From the IMG/VR virus record IMGVR_UViG_2579779105_000001: DNA of 64,000 nt; one strand, 5' to 3'. A program made the position numbers and the translations under genes. The notes beneath the pieces are model-generated. The model saw only the letters and a program-made list of their open reading frames with translations. It did no database searches and was not told the DNA's origin. Below are positions 18,097-28,351 of the stretch, one piece after another. This stretch comes from a virus. Taxonomy: Duplodnaviria; Heunggongvirae; Uroviricota; Caudoviricetes. Each line of letters begins with the position of its first letter. Position 1 is the stretch's first letter.

Positions 18097-18194
18097 AGCG
18101 TTTTACCTCAATGATACTGTTTATTCATACAGTATACATTAAAGATGCTTGAAGTGTGCAATAGCGCGATGCTTTGCGCTCGCCTGGTGGTGCG

Positions 18195-18446
18195 TTATTT
18201 TTTGGCTATATCTTCTTTCTGATACACCGGATCGCTCCCTTTTGGCAACTGGAGGCTTAACTGCCGGTAGTGCCGTAGCCGTTCCATGAAATAGGCGCGC
18301 AGGTTTTCCGGTTGCTCACGGGCCACCTGCTCTGCAATCACAGGTATATTCAGCCGTTCTTTGTAAGCAACGCCGCTGGCGGCAAGGTCTACGTTCACCT
18401 TGTCTCGCTCTTCCTGGCTTTTAGCTGCTATATTTCGATCTGACAC
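18195..18446 (-). CDS. hot: DNA polymerase III theta-subunit homolog (Hot)
   Basis: [43 protein letters not shown] aligns with E. coli HolE ([43 protein letters not shown]). Confidence 0.8.
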   Translation of the reverse strand: MSDRNIAAKSQEERDKVNVDLAASGVAYKERLNIPVIAEQVAREQPENLRAYFMERLRHYRQLSLQLPKGSDPVYQKEDIAKK

Positions 18447-18478
18447 AAGAAACCTCCAGGAGTTAGTGGATCAGGCAC

Positions 18479-18829
18479 ATGCACAACAACGTTCTCAATG
18501 TTAGCCGTTCAATTCAGACAATCAGAGACTGCACCAGTGTGGTGGCATCAATCCCATTGCGAAACAGCATAGACGAACTGCAAATTCGTGTATTGAATCT
18601 GAATCAGGCTAATAAGCAATTGCGCTTTATTTTGACGCTGAAAAGTGAAACAGAGGGGATAAAGCACAGCGTAAAAGTATTTTCTGAGGCCATTCTGCTT
18701 AATGAGAAGCTCCGGCATCTGGTAAGGCCAGAACGTCAATATCCTGACGTCCTGGCGCGTGAAAAAGACCTTCTTTCTGAAGTTCAGGATAGGGTGATCG
18801 ATTTCGTCAAATGCTATCCCCTGCATTGA
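18479..18829 (+). CDS. hypothetical protein
   Basis: 116-aa ORF divergent from hot; preferred over the overlapping antisense ORF 18548-18826 on composition. Confidence 0.3.
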   Translation: MHNNVLNVSRSIQTIRDCTSVVASIPLRNSIDELQIRVLNLNQANKQLRFILTLKSETEGIKHSVKVFSEAILLNEKLRHLVRPERQYPDVLAREKDLLSEVQDRVIDFVKCYPLH

Positions 18830-19098
18830 GGGCAGGTGTTCCCTTCCGCAAAGTAGGGAAAACTGCTATCAAGTTCATCACACCATCTGCGATGGTCGTA
18901 GCACCAAAACGCCTCCCACGGTGCACGGAAATACTTCATCCACCAGGACACTCGATCAGGTATATCTGCTGGTGGCAGTTCTTCTGGCAATAATTTGCCT
19001 GATAATTCCCTTTCCGCCCGCGACAGCATTTTTTTGAGGCTCGCGTTCTCTTTTTCAAGCTCATCTACGCGCACCTGTAATTCAGCTTTCGTTGGCAT
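18814..19098 (-). CDS. hypothetical protein with C-terminal CPQC zinc-ribbon-like motif
   Basis: Start placed at internal Met (MPTKAEL); coiled-coil region. Confidence 0.35.
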   Translation of the reverse strand: MPTKAELQVRVDELEKENASLKKMLSRAERELSGKLLPEELPPADIPDRVSWWMKYFRAPWEAFWCYDHRRWCDELDSSFPYFAEGNTCPQCRG

Positions 19099-20020
19099 GG
19101 CCCGCCTCATGCTTTTCAGCCACCAGCGGCAATAAAGCCCTGGCCATCTTATGAACCAATAGTGCATCAATAATGCCAAGCGTATGCCCCGGCTTAATGT
19201 TTAATGCCGCCTCAAGGTGACACCTTTCCAGGCCACTTTTCTCGGCTTGTTTATGATGATCTGGTGTAATAACGTCGCCCAAAACACGGCTAATTCTTTC
19301 TCGTAATTGCTGGGTGCCAGCACACTTGATCGCTGTATCGTGGAGACGGTTAACCAGTTCGCGATAAACATGCGGCTTAATTCGGATACGTTCACCGGTG
19401 ACGCCCTTTCCTGGCGCTGGCACCGAACTATCCGGAATATCCGGATAGTTGCCAGCCTCGTAAGCTACCCGCAGCCAGTGCATGAATGTTTCAGTGGACA
19501 CACAACCACAGTCCACATCGATTTTCCCGCGTTGCTGTTCCAGCCATTGCCCAAAATCCAACCTGTAAGTCTTACTTTCAAGTTCATCACCATTGAACTC
19601 GACTTTCTGCGACGCTATGAGAGCTGATTCGTATTGTTCGCGAGTGACAACTGACTGGTATTCATCGCTATCAAGGTCACCAATTGGAAGCTCAATCTCA
19701 CAACAAAAATTGCGCCCAAAGAAAGTGTCTTTTTTGTGGTCTGAGCCAAAAGCAAAAGTCGCGCATGGTGCCATTAAATTGACACTGGGTAGGTAACAAT
19801 AACTCATTCCATCAGGCCACCCGCCGCACTTAGGCAGCTCCTTCACTAACAAGTCGATAAGCTTCATTTTTTTATCATCTTTGCAAGCCGCCAAAGCCAT
19901 TTGGGCAAGTGCCAATACTTCATCTGCCGTATATCCAGCACCGTGACCATACATTTCGATACGGGAAATAATCTCTGATATACGCTCTTCAGTGATTCTG
20001 GTCATTTCTTTTTGCGCCAT
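19082..20020 (-). CDS. hypothetical phage protein
   Basis: 312 aa; shares the segment HxYRELVNxLxD...GT(Q/E)QLRERL with the 29161-29772 protein. Confidence 0.5.
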   Translation of the reverse strand: MAQKEMTRITEERISEIISRIEMYGHGAGYTADEVLALAQMALAACKDDKKMKLIDLLVKELPKCGGWPDGMSYCYLPSVNLMAPCATFAFGSDHKKDTFFGRNFCCEIELPIGDLDSDEYQSVVTREQYESALIASQKVEFNGDELESKTYRLDFGQWLEQQRGKIDVDCGCVSTETFMHWLRVAYEAGNYPDIPDSSVPAPGKGVTGERIRIKPHVYRELVNRLHDTAIKCAGTQQLRERISRVLGDVITPDHHKQAEKSGLERCHLEAALNIKPGHTLGIIDALLVHKMARALLPLVAEKHEAGHANES

Positions 20021-20376
20021 TTCTTTTCACATTCCTTAGTCCATTTTTCAATGTTCATTTTGGCAATATCAGTCATTCCATCACCTAAGAAATACTTTCT
20101 CCGGTATGTCTTGCACTTAAACCACACTACAACAGCCACCAGCCAGAAAATAAAAGGCCATACAGCAATACCAACGACAGCCGCGATAAAGCCCAATATC
20201 CATAAATGAAGCTCTCCAACTTCTGTTTCCGGCAATATTCTTAAAGAATTAAACAGCAGGCTGAACGAATGGTCGTATGCATTGGCAGTATAAGACATGC
20301 AATCCATATAATTAAAGTCATAGCCTGCGGCTGCCGCCCCTAATGGGGGGGCAAGAAAAAGTTTTTGTGTCATCAT
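20002..20376 (-). CDS. small membrane protein
   Basis: 124 aa with two hydrophobic helices and a basic C-terminal tail. Confidence 0.4.
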   Translation of the reverse strand: MMTQKLFLAPPLGAAAAGYDFNYMDCMSYTANAYDHSFSLLFNSLRILPETEVGELHLWILGFIAAVVGIAVWPFIFWLVAVVVWFKCKTYRRKYFLGDGMTDIAKMNIEKWTKECEKKWRKKK

Positions 20377-20382
20377 ATTAAT

Positions 20383-20772
20383 TTAAGGTTCAGACCAGTT
20401 ATCTTCAATAGCAATGCTTAATCTTTGTAGCCATTCTGCTAATTTCAGCATTGCTTCTCTTTCGCTTAAACCACGAGGAAAATCATCAAGCGATATTGTT
20501 GGCTTGAAGCCCCCGTAATTATCCATTTCAACGGTCAGATTTTGCTCCAGTACGGTATTCCTTACGCGGCTATTGTGGCGAAGCAAATATACTGAACGTG
20601 ATTTATTGGTTTTGTGGTCGAGCTGATGTTCGGTAAGTATCATCTGGCTTTTGCCATGACTATTACCTCTCCACATACTTACCTCACTTAATAAAACAAC
20701 TCCATACGTAGTTGATGATTTTTTCCCACGTAATATAAATCTGCACTCCGGCAGTAAAACCAAAGCCAACAA
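20383..20772 (-). CDS. hypothetical protein
   Basis: 129-aa ORF; start uncertain. Confidence 0.35.
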   Translation of the reverse strand: MLALVLLPECRFILRGKKSSTTYGVVLLSEVSMWRGNSHGKSQMILTEHQLDHKTNKSRSVYLLRHNSRVRNTVLEQNLTVEMDNYGGFKPTISLDDFPRGLSEREAMLKLAEWLQRLSIAIEDNWSEP

Positions 20773-20854
20773 TTGCTGAAAAAATCAAAACATTTACTTT
20801 TGACATTATAAATTTTCTCTCGGTGTCGTAGGTGATAGCACCATAATTGATAAT

Positions 20855-21106
20855 TTAGTGAGTTAGCAGTTCCATTTTTTGGATGATTTCCGCATGAGCA
20901 TCATCGTTATCAACACTTAACTCGTTTAATGCCTCTCGCACCACATCAACTTCTTCTGGTTGGAAGAAATCATCTCGGTAGTCACCAAATAGAACCGAAA
21001 CAAGCCTGCCACCAGCAACATCAAGATTGGCGCTAACAGGTGGCTCTTTACCATCCTCAAATTCGACTACAAAAGTTATTTTTCCCATCGTTACCACCAG
21101 CGACAA
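20855..21106 (-). CDS. hypothetical protein
   Basis: 83-aa acidic ORF. Confidence 0.35.
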   Translation of the reverse strand: MSLVVTMGKITFVVEFEDGKEPPVSANLDVAGGRLVSVLFGDYRDDFFQPEEVDVVREALNELSVDNDDAHAEIIQKMELLTH

Positions 21107-21170
21107 ATTGAATACAAACCCAGTGCTGCCGCCATCACAATTCCTACCGTGGTGAATGCTTCAGGCCAGC

Positions 21171-22013
21171 TCATTGATTCACCTCCTGCGGCGGTTCTGG
21201 TAGCGGCATCCAGTGGGTTACCTCTTTGAGATGCAGGTCTTCGCCGTCGCCGTCATCCCACGTTGGATTGCCATCATCAAACCAGTCGCCATATACGCCA
21301 ACCTGAGTGTTTGGTATGTTGGGCCAATAGTTATTTTTGAAATCAGCAGCTAATACATAGCGCTGCTTTTCACCCATTTCCGGCATCCGCTCGCTTACCG
21401 GAATCCATTTACCCGGCACGGTAGCGGGTTCACTGCCGGGTAGTTGCGGCGCGGCTGCGAGCATGGCCTCGGTTTCCGCAATCAGGTTGTGAGGTAGTTG
21501 GCATCCTGCATTTTGCATGCCGTGGCCAAATGCCAGCCAGCGCCGAAGCATGTCCGCTGAACCATCCGGAATTACCGGAGAGTTGCCAGCCAGCGCGTTC
21601 AACTTGTAAGCCTGGCTTACAGGTTCGGCACTATGAAGCATGGCAGCTCGGCAGGCGTTCCAGCCAGATGTTCGCCCAAGCGCGTAAACTTCAGATGGCT
21701 CAAGATAATCAATGTCATGCCCGTCCTCATCGTCGTTCTCAGGTAATGCAGCAGGTACTACCGGTACTGGCGGGGCGGCATAAACAGGAATAACGTCCGA
21801 TTGCTCTTTATTGCTTTCATCCGTTAAAGCCCAGAATAATTTTCCAGCCGGATGTTTGAAAATATAAGCAACTGGTTCTGCTTCCAGCGATGCCAGAGCA
21901 ATTCGTGCCAGTTCTTCCGCTTCTTCTGCTGGCAGTACAACGTTGCTACCAGGTCCGTATGTTTCGCGCCACTGCTTGATTGTCAGCAGTCGCTCTTTGG
22001 TAATAGTGGTCAT
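21171..22013 (-). CDS. phage protein with DUF551-like C-terminus
   Basis: 280 aa ending ...VTHWMPLPEPPQ, typical of lambdoid prophage accessory proteins; family name from memory. Confidence 0.5.
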   Translation of the reverse strand: MTTITKERLLTIKQWRETYGPGSNVVLPAEEAEELARIALASLEAEPVAYIFKHPAGKLFWALTDESNKEQSDVIPVYAAPPVPVVPAALPENDDEDGHDIDYLEPSEVYALGRTSGWNACRAAMLHSAEPVSQAYKLNALAGNSPVIPDGSADMLRRWLAFGHGMQNAGCQLPHNLIAETEAMLAAAPQLPGSEPATVPGKWIPVSERMPEMGEKQRYVLAADFKNNYWPNIPNTQVGVYGDWFDDGNPTWDDGDGEDLHLKEVTHWMPLPEPPQEVNQ

Positions 22014-22351
22014 TTGTTAATCCTCAAAACTTTATGCCCGGGCGCAAAAGCACGCGTTTTGTCTTTGCTTATTCGCCAGCCATCCTTGCGCGCCTCTTTT
22101 GCACAGCCAGCCCATGACGTACCTATATACTCACCGAAGTCTGGCGACTTATATTTGCCATCTGTACACTGGAGGCAGTCACAATAGAGATGCATGGTGT
22201 AACTTGCGGCAATAGCCATATCACTCTCCTTTAGTGCGCAAATGGTTTTTTCCAGCGGTTTTGCGCCGCGCTGGGCTTTTTGCAAAAACCACAATCCATC
22301 ATCCCGTAATATTTCATCAACCCCATCCGTCGGTTGCTGAGTCTCACCCAC
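22010..22351 (-). CDS. hypothetical Cys-rich protein
   Basis: 113-aa ORF containing CDCLQC. Confidence 0.35.
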   Translation of the reverse strand: MGETQQPTDGVDEILRDDGLWFLQKAQRGAKPLEKTICALKESDMAIAASYTMHLYCDCLQCTDGKYKSPDFGEYIGTSWAGCAKEARKDGWRISKDKTRAFAPGHKVLRINK

Positions 22352-22582
22352 TGCCAGACGCCAGGAGCGTTTCTACGAACTAACAGAATCTTTGCTTTAC
22401 GGTTTTTCATCGCTTTGCTCTCCTGCGTCTCTTTGCTGCTCGTCGTGCCGCTGCAATACCGGTATGGCGGCGCTTTGGTGCCGGGATGATGTTGTCAGCC
22501 ATCAGGACATGTGGCTTTGCAATTAGCGCAGAAGCCCAAAAACGAGTCGGGTACGGTAACAAGCCGATACATGCCACACGCA

Positions 22583-22840
22583 TTACTCACCTCCTTTAAT
22601 GCGAATGCCAGCGGCGCGGATGGCGTCAGCGCAATAATCGATAGCGCAGTTGTGTCCTTTGCCGAAATCATCCTCAGCCATCACTTTGTCATCGAGTTTT
22701 ATCTCGATAGCTGCGCGAGATGCCTGCCATGCCCTCCATGCCATTTCCGTGGATGAATAAACATACCCGCAATCACCATATACAAGGCTTAAATTTTGCT
22801 TTTTCGCGAACTCCAAAAACTGCTTTCTTGATTCGTCCAT
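22583..22840 (-). CDS. hypothetical protein ending ...GIRIKGGE
   Basis: Start set at the ATG immediately after the upstream stop (AAAGGAGAGTGATATG junction). Confidence 0.4.
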   Translation of the reverse strand: MDESRKQFLEFAKKQNLSLVYGDCGYVYSSTEMAWRAWQASRAAIEIKLDDKVMAEDDFGKGHNCAIDYCADAIRAAGIRIKGGE

Positions 22841-22841
22841 A

Positions 22842-23744
22842 TCACTCTCCTTTGATGCGAATACCAGCAAGCCAGTTTCTTATGCCGATATATTCAGCAT
22901 TCCTGAAACCGCTTTTTACATATATAAATGGCAAGCGAAGATTGTGACCATTGGCTGCCAGGTAGTCTTTACAACCCTGTTCGGTGAAACAGCAGGTAAC
23001 GAATTCATCAATATCTTTCACAGCAACGCGCCGCCATTTTTCTGGTGGCTCTCGAAAGTTTTCGTGAAGTAGTTCGAGACGACGACTTTGGCGTTTATTG
23101 GCTTCATTGCCATCTTCATCAACCCAGACAATCCGGTCATAGTCATAATCAGCATCAACAACGATTTCGCGCTTTTGATACACACAAAACATAGGGTCTG
23201 ACGTTATTCGATTATCCTGTGTTCGAATATTTTCACCGATGATGCCAAACGAATCTGGTGCAGATTTTGTCTGCAACTCTTCGATACGTTCAGCCATCGC
23301 AGCACACTCTTCAAAGTTGCTTAATGCTTTTCGCTCCGATTCAGCGCATTGTTTTTCCAGTTCTGCTATGCGCTTACCTCCATCCGCGATTACTCCCTCG
23401 TAATGCTCGCGCTGCTCGTTGAGTTTTGATTTTGCCGACTCCAGTTGTTTTGTTAGTTCCACAATACGGCAAACATCGTTGATACGCGTTTCCTCTAATG
23501 CGTTGATCTCATCCAGTAGTGCCAGTGCAACTTTTGGTGGGATAGCCGCGATATAACGGGCATTGGCACTAGCGTTCCTCTGTCCATCAATGCCAGGCCA
23601 GTCAATAAAGTATCCGCAATGCCTACCCTCAGACGTGCGCGCAGGATAAATGCCGTTATGTCCCGGCAAAATATATGCTACCCATTCATCTTGCGTTGCC
23701 TGCTCCGCTGCCTCGCGCAACTCCTGATAGTTAGTTTCACTCAC
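22842..23744 (-). CDS. Ead/Ea22-like protein (lambdoid ea-region family)
   Basis: 300 aa; N-terminal MSETNYQELREAAEQATQDEW motif, central coiled coil, C-terminus ...GIRIKGE. Confidence 0.5.
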   Translation of the reverse strand: MSETNYQELREAAEQATQDEWVAYILPGHNGIYPARTSEGRHCGYFIDWPGIDGQRNASANARYIAAIPPKVALALLDEINALEETRINDVCRIVELTKQLESAKSKLNEQREHYEGVIADGGKRIAELEKQCAESERKALSNFEECAAMAERIEELQTKSAPDSFGIIGENIRTQDNRITSDPMFCVYQKREIVVDADYDYDRIVWVDEDGNEANKRQSRRLELLHENFREPPEKWRRVAVKDIDEFVTCCFTEQGCKDYLAANGHNLRLPFIYVKSGFRNAEYIGIRNWLAGIRIKGE

Positions 23745-23931
23745 TATCTGCTCCTTCCGCTTTCTCTGCTTTATCCGCCATGATTTCCAGCTTTTGTGCT
23801 GCTGATGCCGCTAACATTTGAAATTCTTCATCTGTTTCAACTGGAATTGGTACAAACCTGACTCCAATTTGAGCAAGGCTATGCGCCATCTCTAGACTTG
23901 CTCTTAACTCTGCTGGTGAGGCTTTATTCAT
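23737..23931 (-). CDS. hypothetical small protein
   Basis: 64-aa ORF overlapping the downstream start. Confidence 0.3.
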   Translation of the reverse strand: MNKASPAELRASLEMAHSLAQIGVRFVPIPVETDEEFQMLAASAAQKLEIMADKAEKAEGADSE

Positions 23932-24027
23932 TTGGCTTCCTCCTTCCGATACATCATGATTGCCAGACCTCCCTTTGTAGTAATGCGGATGGTGCTGCCT
24001 GGCTCCATGCTCATGCCTTTATCCCAA

Positions 24028-25023
24028 TCAGTTATTAAACGTGATTACTCCGCGCTCGATGGCGAAGTCAAAAAGCTGGTTAGCGGCTACGTAAAGGCGT
24101 ATGCCATGTGCTTTTTCCCATGCCCGGACATCGTTTTCTGCGCTTCTGGCGCAGTCATCGCAAAGAGGAACAGCCCAGCGGTCGTGTTCGTTTAACGAGC
24201 GGGCGCGGTACATGAACGGGTGGTTAACTTTGCCACCGCATCCGATGCACGGACGAGAAACCACAAACCGGAGATAAGCCGGGCTTTTACCGAGGACCGC
24301 TTTTGGTCGGCGCATATAAAGCAGGCCGGAATCCTCATCTACAGACAGGTTGACGATCTGCTCTGCGGTTATGTCCACCAGCTCGCGGGTACTGTGCTCC
24401 CAGGTGATATCTGATTCTTTCAGCGTACCGGTAGGGATTTCAGTTTTTGGCTGACAAAATGCAATGCGACCGGCTTCATCTGGCAGCTCATCTTTCAGAT
24501 TCCGGCGAATGGCCCAAAAAGTGAGTTCAACCATACTCAGATCGCGTTCTGGCGGTAGTTTTAACTCGCTCGCAGCCCAGTTCATAACCCAGTTGGCACG
24601 ATTCAGGGATAACTGGTCGTCCAGCTTGCTGTACCCCTTCATCATGTATTCCGCATCATGCTTCCAGCACAGGCGAACGGCAGAGCCGTTATAGAAATGA
24701 GTGGTTAGCTGGTGGCTGCAATCGCGCTTATCGTGCGCCTGGCAATCGTGGATATTGGAACTTACCCAATGAACAAGCGAATCTTCACCGCCCAACGCGT
24801 TAAATACGCGCTCGCTTTGAAAAAACGGTTTCAGAGACTGGTTGGCAACCAGCGAATAATTCAGATCCACTACGCCATCTGGAGTGTTTTCAGCCTGTTC
24901 ACGCGGAAGTGGGGAGATAATGAAACGGCGACCTGCGCCAATGTAGTTACTGGTGGGCTTGTCTACCGGAAAGACAGCCACACCAGCTCCGTTTACGAAA
25001 TGAGGTGTGATTATTGCACTCAT
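24028..25023 (-). CDS. hypothetical protein with C-terminal Cys-cluster (CIGCGG ... CDDC)
   Basis: 331-aa ORF; operator-like motifs sit in its upstream region. Confidence 0.45.
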   Translation of the reverse strand: MSAIITPHFVNGAGVAVFPVDKPTSNYIGAGRRFIISPLPREQAENTPDGVVDLNYSLVANQSLKPFFQSERVFNALGGEDSLVHWVSSNIHDCQAHDKRDCSHQLTTHFYNGSAVRLCWKHDAEYMMKGYSKLDDQLSLNRANWVMNWAASELKLPPERDLSMVELTFWAIRRNLKDELPDEAGRIAFCQPKTEIPTGTLKESDITWEHSTRELVDITAEQIVNLSVDEDSGLLYMRRPKAVLGKSPAYLRFVVSRPCIGCGGKVNHPFMYRARSLNEHDRWAVPLCDDCARSAENDVRAWEKAHGIRLYVAANQLFDFAIERGVITFNN

Positions 25024-25064
25024 AATGTATACCGACTCTGTTTTGTTCCGAGCGGTAAAATAAT

Positions 25065-25098
25065 ATGTTAGAAAACTAAAATCAACGTTCTAACGTAA
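25065..25098. promoter_or_regulatory. two operator-like sites (ATGTTAGAAAACT and GTTCTAACGTA)
   Basis: Motif instances between the phosphatase gene and the 24028-25023 gene. Confidence 0.4.
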
Positions 25099-25121
25099 TT
25101 TTGAGTGCGTAAATGATTTGA

Positions 25122-25814
25122 TCAGACTTTAAGCTGCCCTCCCTTCACCTGCATTAGCGTCAGATTTCCGCAAAAAACCGCGCCCGTGTCTATGTAGTGC
25201 TGATTCCAGTATGCTTTTGGTCTTCGTACCGGTGTGTGCCCAAAGATAAAGCGATCTGCGCCTGTGATTTCTCCACCAATGCCATCTATCGAATCACCGA
25301 CGCGACTGCGCGACCAGACAACATCAAAAAGCGACACATCCTTACCGAACTGGTACTCTCCACCTGGATAGTCGGCATGGGCTATAACGATAGTTTCATG
25401 CCCGGTGTTCAGCTCAATGATATAGGGCAGACGCTTTACCAGCTCCACCAGCGCCCAGGCTAATATTTCCTGATCAGTGTCCAGCATGAAGAACCATTGT
25501 CCGCCATTCATTAGCCAGTTATTCACGTTGCCATCAGGACTTAACGCATCAAGCATCAACCGCTCATGGTTCCCCATTACTGCCCTGAACCAGGGCATCT
25601 GCAATAGTTCCAGACATTCGACATTTTCAGTACCGCGATCGATAAGGTCGCCAACCGATATCAGTAAATCCTGCGCCGGGTCAAAATCCACACGATGGAG
25701 TTCGGACATCAGTCTGGTGTAGCAACCATGCAGATCACCAACAACCCATATGTTTCTATAGCCAGAACCATCAATACGGCTATATAAATTCACTTCATGC
25801 AGAGCCTGGGTCAT
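25122..25814 (-). CDS. ppp: Ser/Thr protein phosphatase (lambda PPase / P1 Ppp-like metallophosphatase)
   Basis: GDLHG, GDLIDRG and GNHE metallophosphoesterase motifs. Confidence 0.8.
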   Translation of the reverse strand: MTQALHEVNLYSRIDGSGYRNIWVVGDLHGCYTRLMSELHRVDFDPAQDLLISVGDLIDRGTENVECLELLQMPWFRAVMGNHERLMLDALSPDGNVNNWLMNGGQWFFMLDTDQEILAWALVELVKRLPYIIELNTGHETIVIAHADYPGGEYQFGKDVSLFDVVWSRSRVGDSIDGIGGEITGADRFIFGHTPVRRPKAYWNQHYIDTGAVFCGNLTLMQVKGGQLKV

Positions 25815-26122
25815 GCGGCAACCTTCTCACGCAGCCAGATACAAACCGGACCATCTTCAGTGTCATGAATAGAGCCAACAAACCAGCCTTCACCCTCTGG
25901 TCGCTCCGGTTCCCAGGCGGCAATATCGGGACCAGCTGCGTCCAGATCAAAATCATCTTCATCCATACTGCGAATAGTCCACTGAAGATTATTTTCCTTC
26001 ATCCAGGCGTCAAATTCCTCAGTGGAAATATATTCACGGCCTGCGCAAAACTTTTCATACTCCGGATGTGTCCAGCAGCCATATTCATCACGTTCTACCG
26101 GCATTTCTTTAATTGTGCTCAC
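25811..26122 (-). CDS. hypothetical protein
   Basis: 103-aa acidic ORF, translationally coupled. Confidence 0.4.
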   Translation of the reverse strand: MSTIKEMPVERDEYGCWTHPEYEKFCAGREYISTEEFDAWMKENNLQWTIRSMDEDDFDLDAAGPDIAAWEPERPEGEGWFVGSIHDTEDGPVCIWLREKVAA

Positions 26123-26343
26123 TCTTCATCCTCCAAGTCGGCAACGGCCTCCATCACATCAGAACCGCGAATAAACTCAAAAGCACGGCAAGCCATTTCA
26201 AACACCTGTTGTTCTTGCGGATGCGGTGACTCCCAATACTTAAAACCAGGTCGATGCTCGTAACCCATCATGGAATAAAAATCGCCAGCAAGTTCAATCG
26301 CGGCATCAACAAGTTCGCGATTTGTCATCGTTTGTTCTGTCAT
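26119..26343 (-). CDS. hypothetical protein
   Basis: 74-aa ORF, coupled. Confidence 0.35.
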   Translation of the reverse strand: MTEQTMTNRELVDAAIELAGDFYSMMGYEHRPGFKYWESPHPQEQQVFEMACRAFEFIRGSDVMEAVADLEDEE

Positions 26344-26648
26344 TTTGTTTTCTCCTGTCTGAACATCACTATCATCAGGTCGCCTTTTGTCGCTATCCTC
26401 GCTGTTGTGCCTGGTTCAATGCTGCCAAGTTCAAATGCGTCATAGAACGCTTCTAATGCCTTCTGGCGTAGTTCCTGTTTGCGCCGTTTTTTCCACTGTT
26501 TCAGGAAAATGGAACCCAGCCATCGCCATGTACGGGACATGATGAAAAACCAACCGAGAAGTGCCAGACCGGTATTCAGGAGCGTATCGATCGTTATTGT
26601 CGTGTCGATATTCACTGGCTGCTTCCGTTGCGAATCTGTTCCGCCCAT
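26340..26648 (-). CDS. small membrane protein
   Basis: 102-aa ORF with a hydrophobic helix. Confidence 0.35.
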   Translation of the reverse strand: MGGTDSQRKQPVNIDTTITIDTLLNTGLALLGWFFIMSRTWRWLGSIFLKQWKKRRKQELRQKALEAFYDAFELGSIEPGTTARIATKGDLMIVMFRQEKTK

Positions 26649-27544
26649 TCTTCAAGGGATTTCTCCGCATATTCACCGGACAGGCCATCAAGCGGATGCG
26701 GTTCATTAGCCAACTCTTCTTTCGCTGACAAAATCATGCGTGTAACGTCGAAAACTTCACGCAAAGACTTATTGATAAATCCGTGATTGAACGCAGCAGC
26801 AAGACGGCTTGCGGTGTAGTTAATCCCCTCGTTGCGTGCCTCCGCACGTACTTCAGCCAGGAAAGCGTCGGTTGCTGGGGTGTCGATATTAGGCAGAAGC
26901 GCATAATCGCAAATCGTATCGATCGCAGGATCACAACAGTCATCCTCGTTGCGTGGTCGTTCGCCAACCTTCGTTGACGATTGCATGATGATTCCCCAGC
27001 AAATACTATCGACCTCTTCGCTCCATCCATCGCAAGCATCACCGCGATAGTCGTCGATTGCAGCCTCAGCCGATTCGATAGCTTCCTCAGCAGTTTTGTG
27101 CCATTCGAAATTATGCTCAGAGCCATATGAGAAATATGAATGTCCCGCCTTCAGCCCCGCATTCTCCGCCGCCAGCGCCGCGCAATTACCCTCCAGCTCT
27201 GCAATGCGCTGTTTTGCGGCATCAAGTTCAATCGATAATTTTTCCAACTGCTCTTTATGCTTCTTGTATTCCTGATATGCGTGCCAGGACTGACCTTTGC
27301 GCACACTATCAGTAATATCAGTAATCTGTTCTGGTGTTAGCGTGGTCAGTGGCTGTGCTGGGAAAATCAGCACTTTCCCGGAATCCCAATCAAAACCAGC
27401 GTGAATTGACTGAACCTCAACTGAAGGTGTTGAACCAATGCTGCCAGGCGAATGAACAACGATCGTTACATCCATATCGCGACGATGGCTGTGGTTGTTG
27501 GACAAAATACGATTCACCAACTCAGAAAATTTGGAAAATTTCAT
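26612..27544 (-). CDS. hypothetical coiled-coil protein, paralog of 28348-28857
   Basis: Start set at MKFSKF; shares [17 protein letters not shown] ... RMILSAKE and [11 protein letters not shown] segments with its paralog. Confidence 0.5.
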   Translation of the reverse strand: MKFSKFSELVNRILSNNHSHRRDMDVTIVVHSPGSIGSTPSVEVQSIHAGFDWDSGKVLIFPAQPLTTLTPEQITDITDSVRKGQSWHAYQEYKKHKEQLEKLSIELDAAKQRIAELEGNCAALAAENAGLKAGHSYFSYGSEHNFEWHKTAEEAIESAEAAIDDYRGDACDGWSEEVDSICWGIIMQSSTKVGERPRNEDDCCDPAIDTICDYALLPNIDTPATDAFLAEVRAEARNEGINYTASRLAAAFNHGFINKSLREVFDVTRMILSAKEELANEPHPLDGLSGEYAEKSLEEWAEQIRNGSSQ

Positions 27545-27864
27545 GCTGATTCCCTTTGATCTTCCTGGATAATGTTGTTGCAATCTTTCACGCACTCGTT
27601 GCAGATGAAAGCGTTGTCCCCAGCAATTAACTTTTTAACGGTGTGCTGGGATTTGTTGCAGAAGCTGCAATAAAGCGTTGGACTGGCTGATACGGATGGT
27701 GCGCCAGATGTCAGCCGCGCGATGTCGTTCTTGCGACGCAATATCACACGGCTGCACTCAACCAGCATCTCCGGGGATATACCCTCCTCCGTGGCGAGCG
27801 CCTCCAGACGTTCGAGCAAGCGAAATACTTTTTCCTGGGTGATTGCATAATGCGATGTGGTCAT
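27541..27864 (-). CDS. small protein with ClpX-type N-terminal zinc-binding domain (ZBD-like C4 zinc finger)
   Basis: C-terminus [38 protein letters not shown] aligns with E. coli ClpX residues about 13-50 ([38 protein letters not shown]). Confidence 0.6.
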   Translation of the reverse strand: MTTSHYAITQEKVFRLLERLEALATEEGISPEMLVECSRVILRRKNDIARLTSGAPSVSASPTLYCSFCNKSQHTVKKLIAGDNAFICNECVKDCNNIIQEDQRESA

Positions 27865-27865
27865 C

Positions 27866-28351
27866 TCACTCTCCTTTGATGCGAATGCCTGTTGCAATGC
27901 TGTTTATGATGCTGTCAGTGCATGGGGTAGAAAGCTGGGCATCTCCAGCAATTTTCATGACATCAACATCTGCATATCGAATACCGAGGTGTATCAGACC
28001 GGCTATACCTGACTTAAGCCGAGCATTTTCCATAAACAGATCCTTTGCCCGCTGTTTTTCTGCCTCAAGCTCAACGCGCAACTTCCCTACCGTTAGCGCA
28101 ATATCCTCGTTCTCCTGGTCGCGGCGTTTGATGTACTGCTGGTTTCTTTCCCGTTCATCCAGTAGTGCCAGCACGGTTTCTGGTCCGGCCAGAAATTTGA
28201 AGGCGTTGAGCGCATCAATATCCACACCGTAATCTTTAAGTTCCTGTTCACTTAACAAATCATCATCAGCTGGCAACATTAACAGGCGTTCCATTGCTGG
28301 AATTGCACGTTCCGCCGCCTCACGCAGTGCCTGATAATCAATCTTGCTCAT
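27866..28351 (-). CDS. Ead/Ea22-like protein (paralog of 22842-23744)
   Basis: N-terminal [16 protein letters not shown] and C-terminus ...GIRIKGE. Confidence 0.5.
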   Translation of the reverse strand: MSKIDYQALREAAERAIPAMERLLMLPADDDLLSEQELKDYGVDIDALNAFKFLAGPETVLALLDERERNQQYIKRRDQENEDIALTVGKLRVELEAEKQRAKDLFMENARLKSGIAGLIHLGIRYADVDVMKIAGDAQLSTPCTDSIINSIATGIRIKGE

